Assembly (NCBI GenBank): GCA_002104905.1
Contig: MCFE01000172.1
Span: 62,001-126,000 of the forward strand
Direction: 5' to 3'
Origin: Basidiobolus meristosporus CBS 931.73
Lineage: Eukaryota; Fungi; Basidiobolomycota
DNA: 64,000 bases
Shown: positions 44,457 through 57,205 of the stretch, one piece after another
Numbering within the stretch: the first letter of the stretch is position 1
How the letters are laid out: each line of letters begins with the position of its first letter
The notes under the pieces: generated by a model
What the model saw: the letters and a program-made list of their open reading frames with translations, nothing else
Database searches by the model: none
Told to the model about the DNA's origin: nothing
Program-made: the position numbers and the translations under genes

Positions 44457-46314
44457 TTAACTATTAGGCTTCGCAATCCACGTTGCTCCGCTCATTCTTT
44501 TCCAGGCCGCCCGAAACCCGGTTGCTGTGCTACTATTCGTGCTCTCAGTCTTCGATCGTCTCGTACGAGTAGCCGAGGGGGATGTTCGGATGATTTTTGG
44601 ATCGTTCTCGTTGGTCACTGGATCAACCACAGTGTTAGAACGCACCCTTAGTGGCGCCGGTGTAACCACAATGGCAGGCGGCTCTTCCGGCGTGTCGATG
44701 GCTTGCTCAGATTCAGGGCCTTGATAGTCAGAGGCCAACAGCTCCTCGAGCTTTCCACTCTCCATGATTCGGGTCAGTATTTTGTTAATGTAAAGGGTTA
44801 ATCCTTTGTTTTCTTCCCGCAGCAAGCGGATCTCTTCGCGTAATATTTTCAACTCCCCTATAGGGTGGAATGGTTAATACGTGTTGTCGAAAGGATGGCT
44901 ATCGAAGATAACTCACCACTCGCAACCATTTTCTCAGTGAACGGGAGTTCTGGCGACGGAGGAGCTGAATTTAGTAGTTCAATATCTAGTGTACTACAAC
45001 CGTTTACCCCGAGATTTTTCCCGCCTTCCTCATCCTCCAATGTATCTGGAGGGCTCTATGGAACAAGGTTACTGGCGTGACCTTAGATCAACCAACCTGC
45101 ATTTTTACGAGAATACCTGTAATCCGCGGTTTAGAGAAAAGTTTCCGGAGATGGTTTTTTCGTGTAACAGCATTTGAAAGGATTCATTCTCTTCCATTAA
45201 GGTTAGATTCATCTCCTTCAATTGATCTCTCTCAGACGTGAGCTCGGTCATCTGCCCATTTCTCTCTAGATCTCGCTGCTCCAATCTTCTTATTTGCTCG
45301 GTTGCTTCCTCCAACTTCACTCTAAGGTCGGTAATCACTGTATCGCGATGACGAATGGTTTTCTTGAAATCTTCAGACTGGGCTTGGGATTTGGGCTTTT
45401 TTGACGTAGAAGTCGCCTGGACATTCAGGTGAACCACCCCAGGAGCCCCCGGCGTGTAACTCGATCTGGTGCGCTGAGTAGACTCCCGAGGCATAGTGGA
45501 ATTCGATTGAGGCCGCGAGCGCGCCACTTGTGGAGAAACGCGGCTTTGATGACTCAGGAGAGATTTGACTTTTTTATTTAAGGATTGTACCTTCTCCGAC
45601 CATTGATTCCTTTCAATCTCGAACTCCTCATTCTCCATCTCCAGCTTCTTCTTCGCCTCCCGCTTGCTTCTTAACAGCTCATGATTTTTCTTTGTTAACC
45701 AGGAGATCTCCTGCTCCCGGGCTAGGATCTGCGCTTCCAGATGGGTGGATGTATCCCCGGCTTTGATTAGGTCTTGATGAAGTTGATGGTGCTGCTTTTT
45801 TAGATATTGATTTTCCTCGCTAGTCTTGAGGTTCTTTTCGTTAGCTTCGTGGAGCTGGATGATGAGTTCGTCCCTCTCTTGTTGGATTCGCTTTTGAATC
45901 TCTAGGTCTGTCAAAATGGGCCTTAAGTGCCCCTGAGTGGAGTTCATGGAACTTTCAAGCACGTGCTCGTATTGCCAAGCTTGGCTGGTGAAGGCTTTCT
46001 CAAGGGGATCACGTATAGGACTATTGTGTTTTTGAAGCAGGTAGGAAGCGAAAAAGAACAGGCACACAAGGGCCGATGCCAAGGCTAGATGAGTGGATAT
46101 TATTCCGGGCAGGAATTGAAAACCCAAAGGCTTTAGATTGTCTGTGCTGATCGGAGGATAAACAGAATGGCCTGTGGATGATTCGGCAAACTTGCAACAG
46201 TGGGCACCAATTTTGAATGCTCGGATAGGAGGGTCGTAGGGTGGGTGTAGTGGTGGAGCAAATGGATTTGTTGATTCGAGTAATATACCGTGACATAGAG
46301 ATATTTAGAGACAT
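44457..46314 (-). CDS. Coiled-coil protein with a C-terminal Rab11-FIP RBD-like segment, 4 predicted exons
   Basis: Long heptad-rich region and EENKGLTLYINKILTRIMESGKLEELL. Proposed exon 1 MSLNISMS(R) at 46314 splices to PIRDPLEKAF at 46020. The start is uncertain. Confidence 0.7.
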
Positions 46315-47199
46315 CGGGTTGGGAAGGTTATTTGCATTTAACCAATTGATTGATGTCGAGTTAAAAGAAAGTATGGTTCCAATCTAAAGATGTGCTTGAT
46401 CTAAGAAACCCTTTCCAACTACTCAGTGGCTCTTATAAATAGTCAGGCCAGATGCATTGCCGATGATATTACATCCGGCTGCTCCATGTACTTCTGACGG
46501 ACGATCACAAGGAAGCATTTTAGTGGCTCCTCTTGAAAGACCGTCTTTTTGCATTCTCCCCTGAGATTTGGTCCAACCTTTCCTGACCCAGCCATTGTAG
46601 ATCATTGAGTTTCATCGAATATTATTCTTTCATAGATTGCTGTGATGAGACTGAAGCTATATGCACCTCTTTCCGACAGCATATGCATCTTCCAACTTCC
46701 ACTTGACATCATGCCAACGCTCATGTAATATGGATCCCAACAGCAGGCCTCTGCCCCTTAGCCATATGATCACTGCAATCAAGGATCAAAGGTGCCAGCC
46801 AGTTGTCCAGCATAGCGCTACATTGCAAGCGGCATTCATGAGGAGGTGGATTATATCAATGCAACATTCCTAACTGGTATGGGAGATTTCGGTAATTTAT
46901 CAGCCTGGCGAAGTCTTATATTTGGAAAGGGGTTGATATAATACTACGTAAGATCACATGCGAGTTAGAAGTCAGATAAGAGATTTGAAGTCAACACAGT
47001 CTCTTGATATAGCACCAAACAATGGTGTGAGAACTCGGATATAGGAAAGCTGATTCTAATCAAAAACTACGAAAGAAAGAGTGTATTTGAAAATACGAAT
47101 AGGCATACAGCTATAAGCAAGCATGACTCCGTCAATAAGTGATTCCAGTGTGCACTTCAATAAATCCTGGATCAATTAGTCGTCATCAACGCCAGCACA

Positions 47200-49601
47200 T
47201 TAGCAGTCCGTCTCAAGCGGTGACCAGCACGCAGTATTCCCATGATTGCCAGGTGCGTTCTGGGAAGAGGGGAACGGTTCCTCCACACCCTTCAAAGAAC
47301 CGGAGCTGTGGAAGATTTTTGGTTGATAGGTAGGATCCTTGTCCATCACGCTATTTCATTGAGATTAGGAAGACTACTTGGTGAGAGTAGATTAAAAGAA
47401 CCTTGCCTGGAATTGCGGAACTTCTCCACTAGAGCCATTTTGCCTTGGATATTAGCATACGATATGTGGCATACCTTGTCCGAATTAAAACGACCCCTGG
47501 CAAAATGTTAATATCTTCCGGCATCAATAAAGCCTGTAGAATGCTGACCATTTACGACCTACGCGTTTCTCGATGAAGCTCACCACCGCGCTGTCACTCT
47601 GTATTAGTAAAGCAGCAACAAGCCTTGGTGATCGAACAACTTACTTGACGTCAATAAAGTTGATGAAAGCGTAACCAACATTGCAGTGATTCTTGAAATC
47701 AATACGAAGATACACGAAATCATATTCCCCTTTGTGCGTCTCGTCAATGCACTCCAGCAGCATTTTCTATTGCAAACTGTGAGATATTGACCATCACGAT
47801 GAATGTTACCATTCAATATAAGCGTACCTGGGTATATTTGTTGGGAATATTTCGGATCATGAATGTTGTTCTGTTATCAAGGCCTAAAATGTAGAAAATG
47901 CCATGAGATTAGGCTGCCGGACTAAGAGACTGCACGGCTTTACCTTGCGTAATTCTCCGTACATCAACTTGGTTTCTTGAGGGTACGACGTTCTCGCAAG
48001 AATTCGAGTTTGAAGAATATCGGGGCATATTTGATGGAGAGTGCGAAGCAGCCAGATAGTTCTTGTTAGGCTTGAGCTGCCACGTTTTAGACCAAATGTT
48101 AGCCTTCGAATCAAAAGCTTTCCCCAGAGGTATTGGCGACACCAATTTGAGATCACTTGGTTTGCTGGACACCGGCTGGAACGGTTGAGCAGGATAAGGC
48201 ATCCCTGCTGAAGTAAACTCATAGCTTGGAGGTGCTGTCATTCCATGTGCATCCAGTTTACCGTATATGCCATTGAACATGACTGCCTCATCCTTTCGCT
48301 TGTCCAAGAGACTTTCGTTTAGGAAGGCGTCATTACTCATATCCCGGCAATCATGGTAAATGACGATTCTATCGATGGGATCCTCAGTTGGACAAAAGCT
48401 AACTTGATATTGAATGCCATTGCGATCCATCCGATGCAGCTTCTCCTCAGCCGCCACTGCGGTTCTGACGTCATAAAACTCCACCACTATGCTGGATTTA
48501 TAGGGAAGTTGGCTTATCTGTCGTATGTCACCGCAGGATTCCAGGATCAGCTGCATGTTGGAAGTAAACTGATTTGGTGGATGGAAAGTCAGAAGCAGCT
48601 TTCCATCAAAATCACATATATGCTTGAACGAGCTAAAGAGCGCAGTACTTTTGACCAATTTGGACATTCGAACGAAATTGATGGCCGTATGTTCTTTAAT
48701 CTCGCTTGCCCTTAATTGGTAGACAGCCGCAATGGCGTCACGTAGATCATAGTAGGCCACAATTATCATTCCGAGATCCTGGACGCGATCCGTCAGCACT
48801 TGCCACACTTTGCCTGAGCTCTAATTGAAGATTTTCCGTTAGTGTTAGTGAACTTTGGATTGCTACCAACCAGGACACACCTTCAAGAATTCCAAGTCCG
48901 CGGGGCTGATCCCCTGAGGTAAGAGATTCACAGAGACAAAATGAGTAGGCGATGAGCTATAACAAGAGGATAGGCCATGGATGTCATTCAGTGCAGGCGA
49001 GCCAAACCCCTGCATCCGCCCTGGAAGGGGCTTCCCATTGGTAAGAAAAGTCTCACAACCATCTAGACGGTCTGTTCCTTCATAGCCTCTCCACACCTTC
49101 GCTTCCTCCAGGGACATTTTGCTTATCTGTTCCTCTGAGGTCGGATGAATTGGATTAGAATCCAGGGTCTGCCGGTGAGCCACACACGTTCCCACTTACC
49201 AATACCCCAATCAAGTGACTTTTTCTCGGAATGCTGCCTCCCTTTTGGATTTGGGAATATAGATGCGGAAAATCTTGAGTATGTGCCTGGGTTGTGCTTG
49301 GTCTTGGCTAGTGAATCAGTACTAATGTCTTCCCCAAACGTGGGTATAAAGCCAGGCATCGATGGCTGCTGAGGAGGGGGTGGTTAGTGGCAGTGCTATC
49401 TGGAGAATGGTAGTGGGAGGTCACCTCAAGGAGCTCAGTTCCGGTTCGATTGTCGGCGCATAATGCGAGCGCTGCGGTCGAATGGATCTCATCACTGCCT
49501 CTAATGGCGTTTTCGTTTTTTTCTACAACTATGTCTAATGGTTTTTGGGGGGAAGCCTGATTTCCAGCATGGCTGCTGATGTCAATGGTGGCTGTAAGCA
49601 T
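47200..49601 (-). CDS. mei2: Mei2-like RNA-binding protein (RRM1/2 plus Mei2-type RRM3), multi-exon
   Basis: IIVAYYDLRDA, VVEFYDVRTA, RTTFMIRNIPNKYTQ, YDFVYLRIDFKNHCNVGYAFINF and KVCHISYANIQG...EKFRNS|SVM. The 5' start may lie further upstream. Confidence 0.92.
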
Positions 49602-52247
49602 TGTGATGGAATGGGGTGGATTTCAAAATTCAAACAACTGGAGAGTTGCTTATGACAGTAGAATTTTAGGCAAAACTTCGGATTGCGCAGGGTCAGGATC
49701 AGCTAGATTTTGCACTGATACCACGATGTCTGTACTTGGAAGTATCGAAGGGCCAAGTCTAGAGCAAAAGGATAGACAATGCCCAGGATGGGAGGCCATC
49801 TTTTATAAGTACACCTCCTGTCTAACTAAATCCATGGTTATGTATGCTCTTGGATTCTGATGATTCTATCCGACATTAACCGGGGCCAGTGTTTGCGGTC
49901 TAAATTTGAAATGATCTCATAGTGCCGTCGGCCTCCTGTTGCAGATTGATTTTTAGCCTTGGTAGTTATTGGGCTACCAGTTGAGGATCGGTGATATGCC
50001 AGATATTGGATCCTCCTAGATACAAGGCATGCGGCAATCTATTGAGCTGAACAGTGAAACGCAATCTGGTGAGCACTAGGTGGGGCTTTCTGGAACATCT
50101 AGATCCGTACTCAATGGCATCCCGATGCTTGGAGACATGATAAAAACAATTATTGGAAACTTTGTTTCTCCTTTTACCCCTTTCCACACAGCCCCTTTGC
50201 CTCCAGCAATTCCTACACTGGTGCCGTGGTGATTGGATTCGTGCTGACACTGCTTGACCCTCAGCTGAGCATAGCTTTGTAACAGCGTTCGGCCGCCGTC
50301 CCGTTGCTGCGTAAGTTCTACCGGATTTGCCAGGATATCGTTCAGTTCGAAAGACATGTTAGCCATCCGGATCCCCCTATTCACCCCAACGTCTGTTATT
50401 GTTTATGCAGCTATAAGGGTTAGTCGAGTATTAATCTACCCCGCTCCATGCACTTACGTATCCTCGCATCTGATTCCTTGCCCGCAAAGGGTTATACTCC
50501 TCTCAACTTAATCCGATGGGTGTATGAATGAAACTAATAAATTGTACATGGGGGCGGGCAACACCGGACTTGGCATATGGTTTAGCTCTTCCTATTCAGC
50601 CGCTCCATCCAGAAATAATAGGATGTTTCTCCTGGTGTAATGAGTTTCCAATAATGCAGCTGTGAATGGTAAATTGGACTTACTGCCACCCAACGAGAAG
50701 AAAGCCGAATGACATCCGCTCTGGCGAGGTGAGTTGACAATTGGCCGAGTGTCACTGCTTAGCTCGTGCCTTCTAATGGCTTACACATATCTATGTCCGT
50801 GGTAAAAAGCAGTGACCTAAATGCACCACATAATTGGTAACGGTCCAGTGATTAGGCGCATCGTAGTACAGACAGCCTCACTTGGATCCCATCTAGGATG
50901 AGGCTCTTTTATGGCTACCGTTTGATGTCTTCTTATACCCGTAAAAGACGATCGAGCCATGCTTCGATTACGTATCGTTTCACCTGAGCTATTGCTCAAG
51001 ATAGGCGTGATCTCAAGGGAAGACGGTGACGTTTAGAGCATTCAATATTCGGGTCCCCCCTCTTGACTCTGCTCTGATAGACTACTGCTCCACGCCACAA
51101 TTCGGCCTGTGCTAAAAAGACTACATTTGCGTTAATTATGAAAACCATGTCAAACAGATTAGAAGAACGCAGATAGCCCATCGGCACTCGTACTGCAATC
51201 ATCAGGGACTAATTAATCTGGTGTGTCAGACACCAACGGTCTCTTATGGGATATTAAGACGATGCTTCTTGTGTACATTGCTGCTAGGCAACTGGTAGCT
51301 ACCTAAACAGAAATAAGAATAAGTAATCTATGTACCCGTGTGAAACCCCATGATCATACGCTCTGCATAGATATTTCTAGGCAAATGTTTGGCAACCATA
51401 TGATTCGGTATCACCATATCCTAAGCAAGCAGTCAGCTCCCCCGCCAATAGACTTCTGAGGGCCATGTAATAGATCGTCGCTCATGTAGATCATCGGGTA
51501 CACCTCCTACACAAGATATCACGGATACATACCAAGCCAGGCAAAACGAGAATTAGTGCCAATGCCAACATCTAGGGAAACTAAACCCACTTGAAAAATA
51601 ACCAGTTTGCGAATCTAATGCGAATCCATGCTGTGGATGAGATGAAGCAATCGAGGAGGCGAGATGCATAACCATTCTCACCTCTGCTTCCCAGTTTTTT
51701 GTAGTTGGCCAAGCCATATTCATTTGTAGTAAGCGAATTTACCAACAACCTAGGTCTCAGTCATCGCTCATGTTACTCTATTGTATGTACCTATTTGGGA
51801 TTTCTCCAGTGTTAGACATAACCTATCACTTGGACTCCTGATCTCAAAATATTACCTAATGCTACGTTGTTAATTTTGATGATAATTTTTGATTTTGTGA
51901 TATCCATCAGGTCCTTCCTTCTGATTGCCTCTCAACTCATATATTCAGCCTGACTCCTTGCGGCTGAACAGTCCCATTCTTCCTTAGTTGCTTCGGATTC
52001 GTAAGCGACATATTGGTCTTCGAACACAAGTGTATTGTTACTTTGGCAATAGATTCAGTTTTGGTGTCACCCCGTTTGCCCCCACCCTCCTGATGTTAGG
52101 CAATGGGAAAAGCCTAGACATTATTACGTAGTAAATCGTTGCAACACCACCAGTAAATTTAAATCACGTTTGGACAGTCCTTCCGAGTACTAGATCCTAG
52201 GATAAACCCAATTAGTAGCAACCCCTCGCGTAAATTCCGGTTGCATC

Positions 52248-55200
52248 ATGACCCAACAACTCCCCGCCAAACCGGAGTTCGAAGGAGCACAAGATCCCCT
52301 GGAAGAGGAATACGCCAAGTGGAATCTGGAGTCAGTGCTCAACTGGCTAGAAGAAAACGATTTTGGAGAATACAAACAAAATTTCGCTGGTAACCTCCTC
52401 TAGTCCAGCACGCTTGTCTTTCTTTCCGTTTGCTTCGTATTCACTTGGGTCATTTTCCGTTCAGATAACCAGGTTTACGGGAAATCTTTTTTCGAACTCA
52501 CCCATAAAGCCTTGAAGAACCTTGACATTCCTACCATCACTGAAAGGGTTAGGCTATTGAATGCTACCAAGAAAGTGGGCCTTCACCGTTCTCGTAGAAA
52601 CCGTAGTGACTCTGTAATGGAAGGTTTTATAAAGACACGTCAGCGTATCCTCAACTAATCTCTTGATCTTATACAGGTTCAAATCAACACCGAAACACTT
52701 CCTGAATCAGACCAAGAGCCTTCACAACAGTCTGATCTTACTCCGGATGGTGAAGAGCGTCGCACTGAGGATTTATTACAACGAGCCACGTCCCAATATC
52801 GCCACGCTTCTAGAGAGGCTATTCGCACACATGAATCTCGTATCGCCAGTTCGGATACTGGTCAGCACCCTAGTAACGGTACGCAGTCTTCCAGCAGAGG
52901 AAATGGTAATGGATCTCTGGGGATCTACGCTAGCTCTCAAACCTTTCAAAACACTAACTATGAATGCATATCTGCGGAAAATGCTCCAGCCCCCTACGTA
53001 CCAGTTATCAGGCCTAGAGGTTCATCGAAGGAATATTTCCAAAACTCGACCGTACACAATACTACTTCTCCCTCGCCTTCATCACTCGTTTCTCACGGTG
53101 CCGCCACCATCGCGATCACTCCCAGAAGCTCTTCAAGAAATATTCGCTTCTTTTCTTCTTCACCAAGCTCCACTGCTGATACCCACAACCCATCGCCTGT
53201 GAGTATTACCGATTCGAGTAGCACAGTTAGCGAGTATCCATCCATCCCACCCCGTGGAGAATCACTGGGCCGCTGGCGAAGTAAGAACTCCCCCATCAAC
53301 ACGTCTTTACCTTCAGCCTCCAGCATGGGACCATCAACGATTATACCCACCTCTTCAACAGCTTCTTCCGCTGTTGGCACAGCATCACCCGCCAAAGAGA
53401 TCTCTCCGAGCACGACTTACTTCCTAGGATGGACTTCTAAAACGCACAAAAAAGCCAAAAGCTGCCCGGTATGTATGCTATATGGAAAACTCACAAACGA
53501 TCTGGGTTGCTAACCGGTCTTGCCTTTAGGATGACCTCATACCTCCTCAGGTGCACTATCAACCATGTTCGGGAACTGGTTACAAAATGATAACTAATGT
53601 TTTTTTCGCATGTAGAAAATCATACGAGTAAGGCAAGAGAACAGCCCCGTAGTTCAAACGATGAGTATGATCCACCTAGGTACCCCCCAGCTTCTATACG
53701 AGCGGATATTTCATCGGCTCAATATTACCGACGATTGGGAGCGTTACCTGGTTTATGCTTGTCGACAAGGAAGCTCAGGTAAGCTAACTTTCAAGAATGT
53801 TGCCGACCCACCGGCCTGATTTAACTAGATTGTGTTGTCAGTGGGAAAGCCGATTGACAAAAAAGAGCTGTACGAGCTCTGTCAAGAGGCGGAGATAACT
53901 GACCCCATCGAATTGGTAGTTTGTCGCAGCGATACGGTTGACCCTGACCCTAGTCAGCCGCAACATCATTCTGGTGATGCCAGGTACTTGTTCCAGACAC
54001 CCCTCCACACCGCCTCACAGGCACGTCACCAGAACGAAGAAAACGATGTCCCCTTGGGAGTTTCATGCGACCTCCGACCGCAGCCGTCACAACTTCAACG
54101 AATAAGCAAGATTCTACATCAGGATCAAGCATATACCGATCCCGCGGCTAAACCACCCTTACCTACCACTGACGCCTCTCGGCAAAACTCTGCCAGGCAC
54201 AAGTTACACCGTAGAGCTTCTAGCTACGGAAGCTTGCACGAATTAGCCAAACCTAAAGAGTCGATGCTAAACACCAAAACCAAAGCAGACGCTTGCCATT
54301 CCGACTTATGGTCCAAACCGCCCACCCCTAGTGCCACCACCCCGCCCGAGAATGGTAGTAACCTTTTATTCAGAGTGGCCCCCGTAAGCACCGAGCCTAC
54401 CCCGTCCCAAAATGGACCAGCTTTCGGAGAGCGCCCTTCGGCCGAGCACATCTCCCGAAACCTCGATTTCTATTTCCCCAACCACGATCTGGACCAGCCC
54501 ATCATAGAAGCTGCGAATGGGAGTGGGAGTGTCGAGCCAAAGCACGAAAAAACCCCGGAATTGGTTCACAAAAAGACTATCCGTGGGATCGTCCAAGAGG
54601 CACGAAGGAATTCCATGCGTAACGGTCAGCCTGTACGTAGGAAGAGCACCAAGCTATGGGGGAACAAGGTCTCGGAAGTCCCCAAAACACGGGATGTCGA
54701 AAGACGCAATTGTCAGGTGGCCATGGATGAAAACAATCAGCCCGTACTTCTAAACAAGAAGAACACTCAGCCTTGGGCCACAGGTATGTTTCTTCCACAA
54801 CCTCAGTTCACTTGATCTCTGGGCCCTGAACGCTTTTTTGTATGTAATGGCATGTAGCATCCAAGATACAATGGGTTAGGGGGTCGCTTATTGGCAAAGG
54901 CTCTTTCGGAAAGGTTTATCATGCTTTGAACGCAGTGACCGGTGAGATGATCGCCGTCAAGCAAGTGGATGTACCCAATATGTACCAGTCGGTCCGTCAA
55001 CAGAAGGCAGTGGTAAGTGCAGCATATAGTCGCAGGAGAGTAACTAGATGCTCACTCTCAAAACGCTCTATAGGCTACTCTCTATGCAGAGATCGATCTC
55101 TTGAAGAACTTGGAGCATGAGAATATTGTTCAGTACTTAGGTAACAATTGACAATACGAAGTCCACAAGGCTCCATACACTAACTACGAACAACACAGGA

Positions 55201-56330
55201 TTTGAGGTGAACGAGAACACCATCAATATATTCCTCGAGTACGTACCCGGTGGAACAATAGCCAGTGCTCTAGTCAGACATGGCGCTCTCCCAGTGAACG
55301 TGATTAAATCCTTCGTGAGACAAACACTCTTGGCGCTAGAGTATCTCCATGAGCGGAAGATATTGCATCGAGTAACTAATAGAACGTTTGGATGGTTTCA
55401 TAATTCCGCGAGCCCTAATCCCACCGGATTTCTTGTAGGATATCAAAGGTGCAAACATACTAGTCGACACGGATGGCATCTGCAAGATCTCGGATTTTGG
55501 CATCTCCAAGAAAAACGGTATTTTCCTTCTCCTGGCTGATTCGACTCCTAGATGCACTCAAACCCTAGACTTTTGTTAGATGATCGGATCGCCTACACCA
55601 GTGACTCCCGGATGTCTCTACAAGGGTCCATTTTCTGGTAGGAGCATGATTTACCCTTGGTGAGCCACCCTTCACCGCTAATCAGGTTGATGTTGATTGT
55701 AGGATGGCCCCAGAAGTGATCAAGAATAACGGGTACAGCGCGAAAGTTGACATCTGGTTCGTGTTGGTATGGATTTGTAACTGGCCGGCATGCTTTAACT
55801 GACCGAAATTTTCTTCCAGGAGTCTCGGCTGCCTGCTGATTGAGATGTGGTCCGGGCAGAGGCCTTGGATGCAGTTCAACGAGATCGCCACTATGTGGAA
55901 GGTAACTCTGACTCCAGATGAGCATCCCTCCATTCCTTAAGCTAAACAACCATCCATAGCTTGGTACCATGCAAGGCCCACCCCCTCCAGAGAATCTAAC
56001 CCCAGAGGCGCGAGACTTCTTGGAGAAATGCCTGACTATGTATGCTTCTACACCTCGTAACTCACTCCCGCATATGTCAACTCACTAATATATACCTAAC
56101 CCTCTAGCGATCCAGAAGAACGACCAACCGCCTCGGAACTTCTATCCCATCCGTTCTGCCAGATCGATGGGAATTTCAAATTTACTGATTTCTTCACCAT
56201 CGACCCCAACTTCACGCCCAACTCCAATACCAAGACCAACTGGACTTCGCTGGCATCTGAGAATCCACAGGAAATCTTGGCCACGCAAGACTCCAGTCCC
56301 AGTCCCACCGAAACCACCCACCAGTGTTGA
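52248..56330 (+). CDS. BCK1: MAP kinase kinase kinase, Bck1/Mkh1-like, with an N-terminal SAM domain
   Basis: SAM-like WNLESVLNWLEENDF; Bck1-type RNLDFYFPNHDLDQPII and RRKSTKLWG; kinase LIGKGSFGKVY, IAVKQV, HR|DIKGAN, ISDFGISK and W|MAPE. Confidence 0.9.
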
Positions 56331-57205
56331 CATCTTCATCCTTATTACCTCCTTCCCTCTCTCCCCCTCTTTTACTCATCTACATGACGGTGGTAGCAAC
56401 GTAAATAGTAATGGAAGTAGCCTACCTCATGCTACCTACCACTTGTATTTTAAGTCTCGGTCCACATCGCCCCGGGGCTATCCCTGCTCCCCAAGGGATT
56501 ACTAACCCTAGCCTTGGCCTTAGCCCTAATCCACATCCTCTTCCCTCAGCGCGAGATCAGTTTGCTTCATCACTCCCCACAATCGGGGAGTGATCGGCGC
56601 CCGAGCCAGCCTTATTGTCTCAACTGGGGGAAGAGGGTTCAAGTTGGTGGGAAACTAAGGCGAAGCCGGAGCAAGGATTTACCATGATGTACTTATTATT
56701 ATAGAATTTTTGGGAATAAAGTTCACTCCGTTTGTGGGAGAAGGACTTCGGTGGTTTGCAGGGAGAGGGAGGACCGACCGTTCATTCCTGGGCATCGCGC
56801 GGTGGTGATGGTGGTGGCGCTCAGTTGCAGAAGAAAGTAGAATTTATTATCCGTTCTAAGGGTACCATTCACAGACTGATGGGTTGGACCATGTAGCTAA
56901 GTGGATGGGAGCAGATCAAAATCCAGGTTGGAATGGGATATATGTGTATATATAGCTGAAGTAGATACATGATTCGTTGAAATAACACTGTAAAGCAAGC
57001 TGAAGAAAGCAGGATGGGGATTAGATTTGGGAGGGGAATCCATAGAACATCCCTCACAAATGGCCATTCGTTGAGGGCGCCATGGGTCGTAGTGGCCAGA
57101 GTATAGATTAATATAAAGTACAAGTAGGACTCGGAGAGAGTAGGGACAAGTAAAAGGAACAGGAAGCGGGGCTCCGTTCCAAGTCGACACCCCGTCCAAA
57201 GAGAA

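Noticed and set aside
46021-46127. Hydrophobic N-terminus (LALASALVCLFFFASYLL) suggesting a signal anchor on the coiled-coil protein
   Set aside because: The ORF starts at a non-ATG codon and this segment falls in a predicted intron ending at the AG at 46021.
50076-50384. 102-aa ORF as a possible upstream exon of mei2
   Set aside because: I could not find a consistent splice path joining it in frame to the mei2 exons; left unassigned.
56869-57199. Hydrophobic minus-strand ORFs downstream of transporter copy 1
   Set aside because: Non-ATG or weak starts in a pyrimidine-rich probable 3' UTR; no family features.
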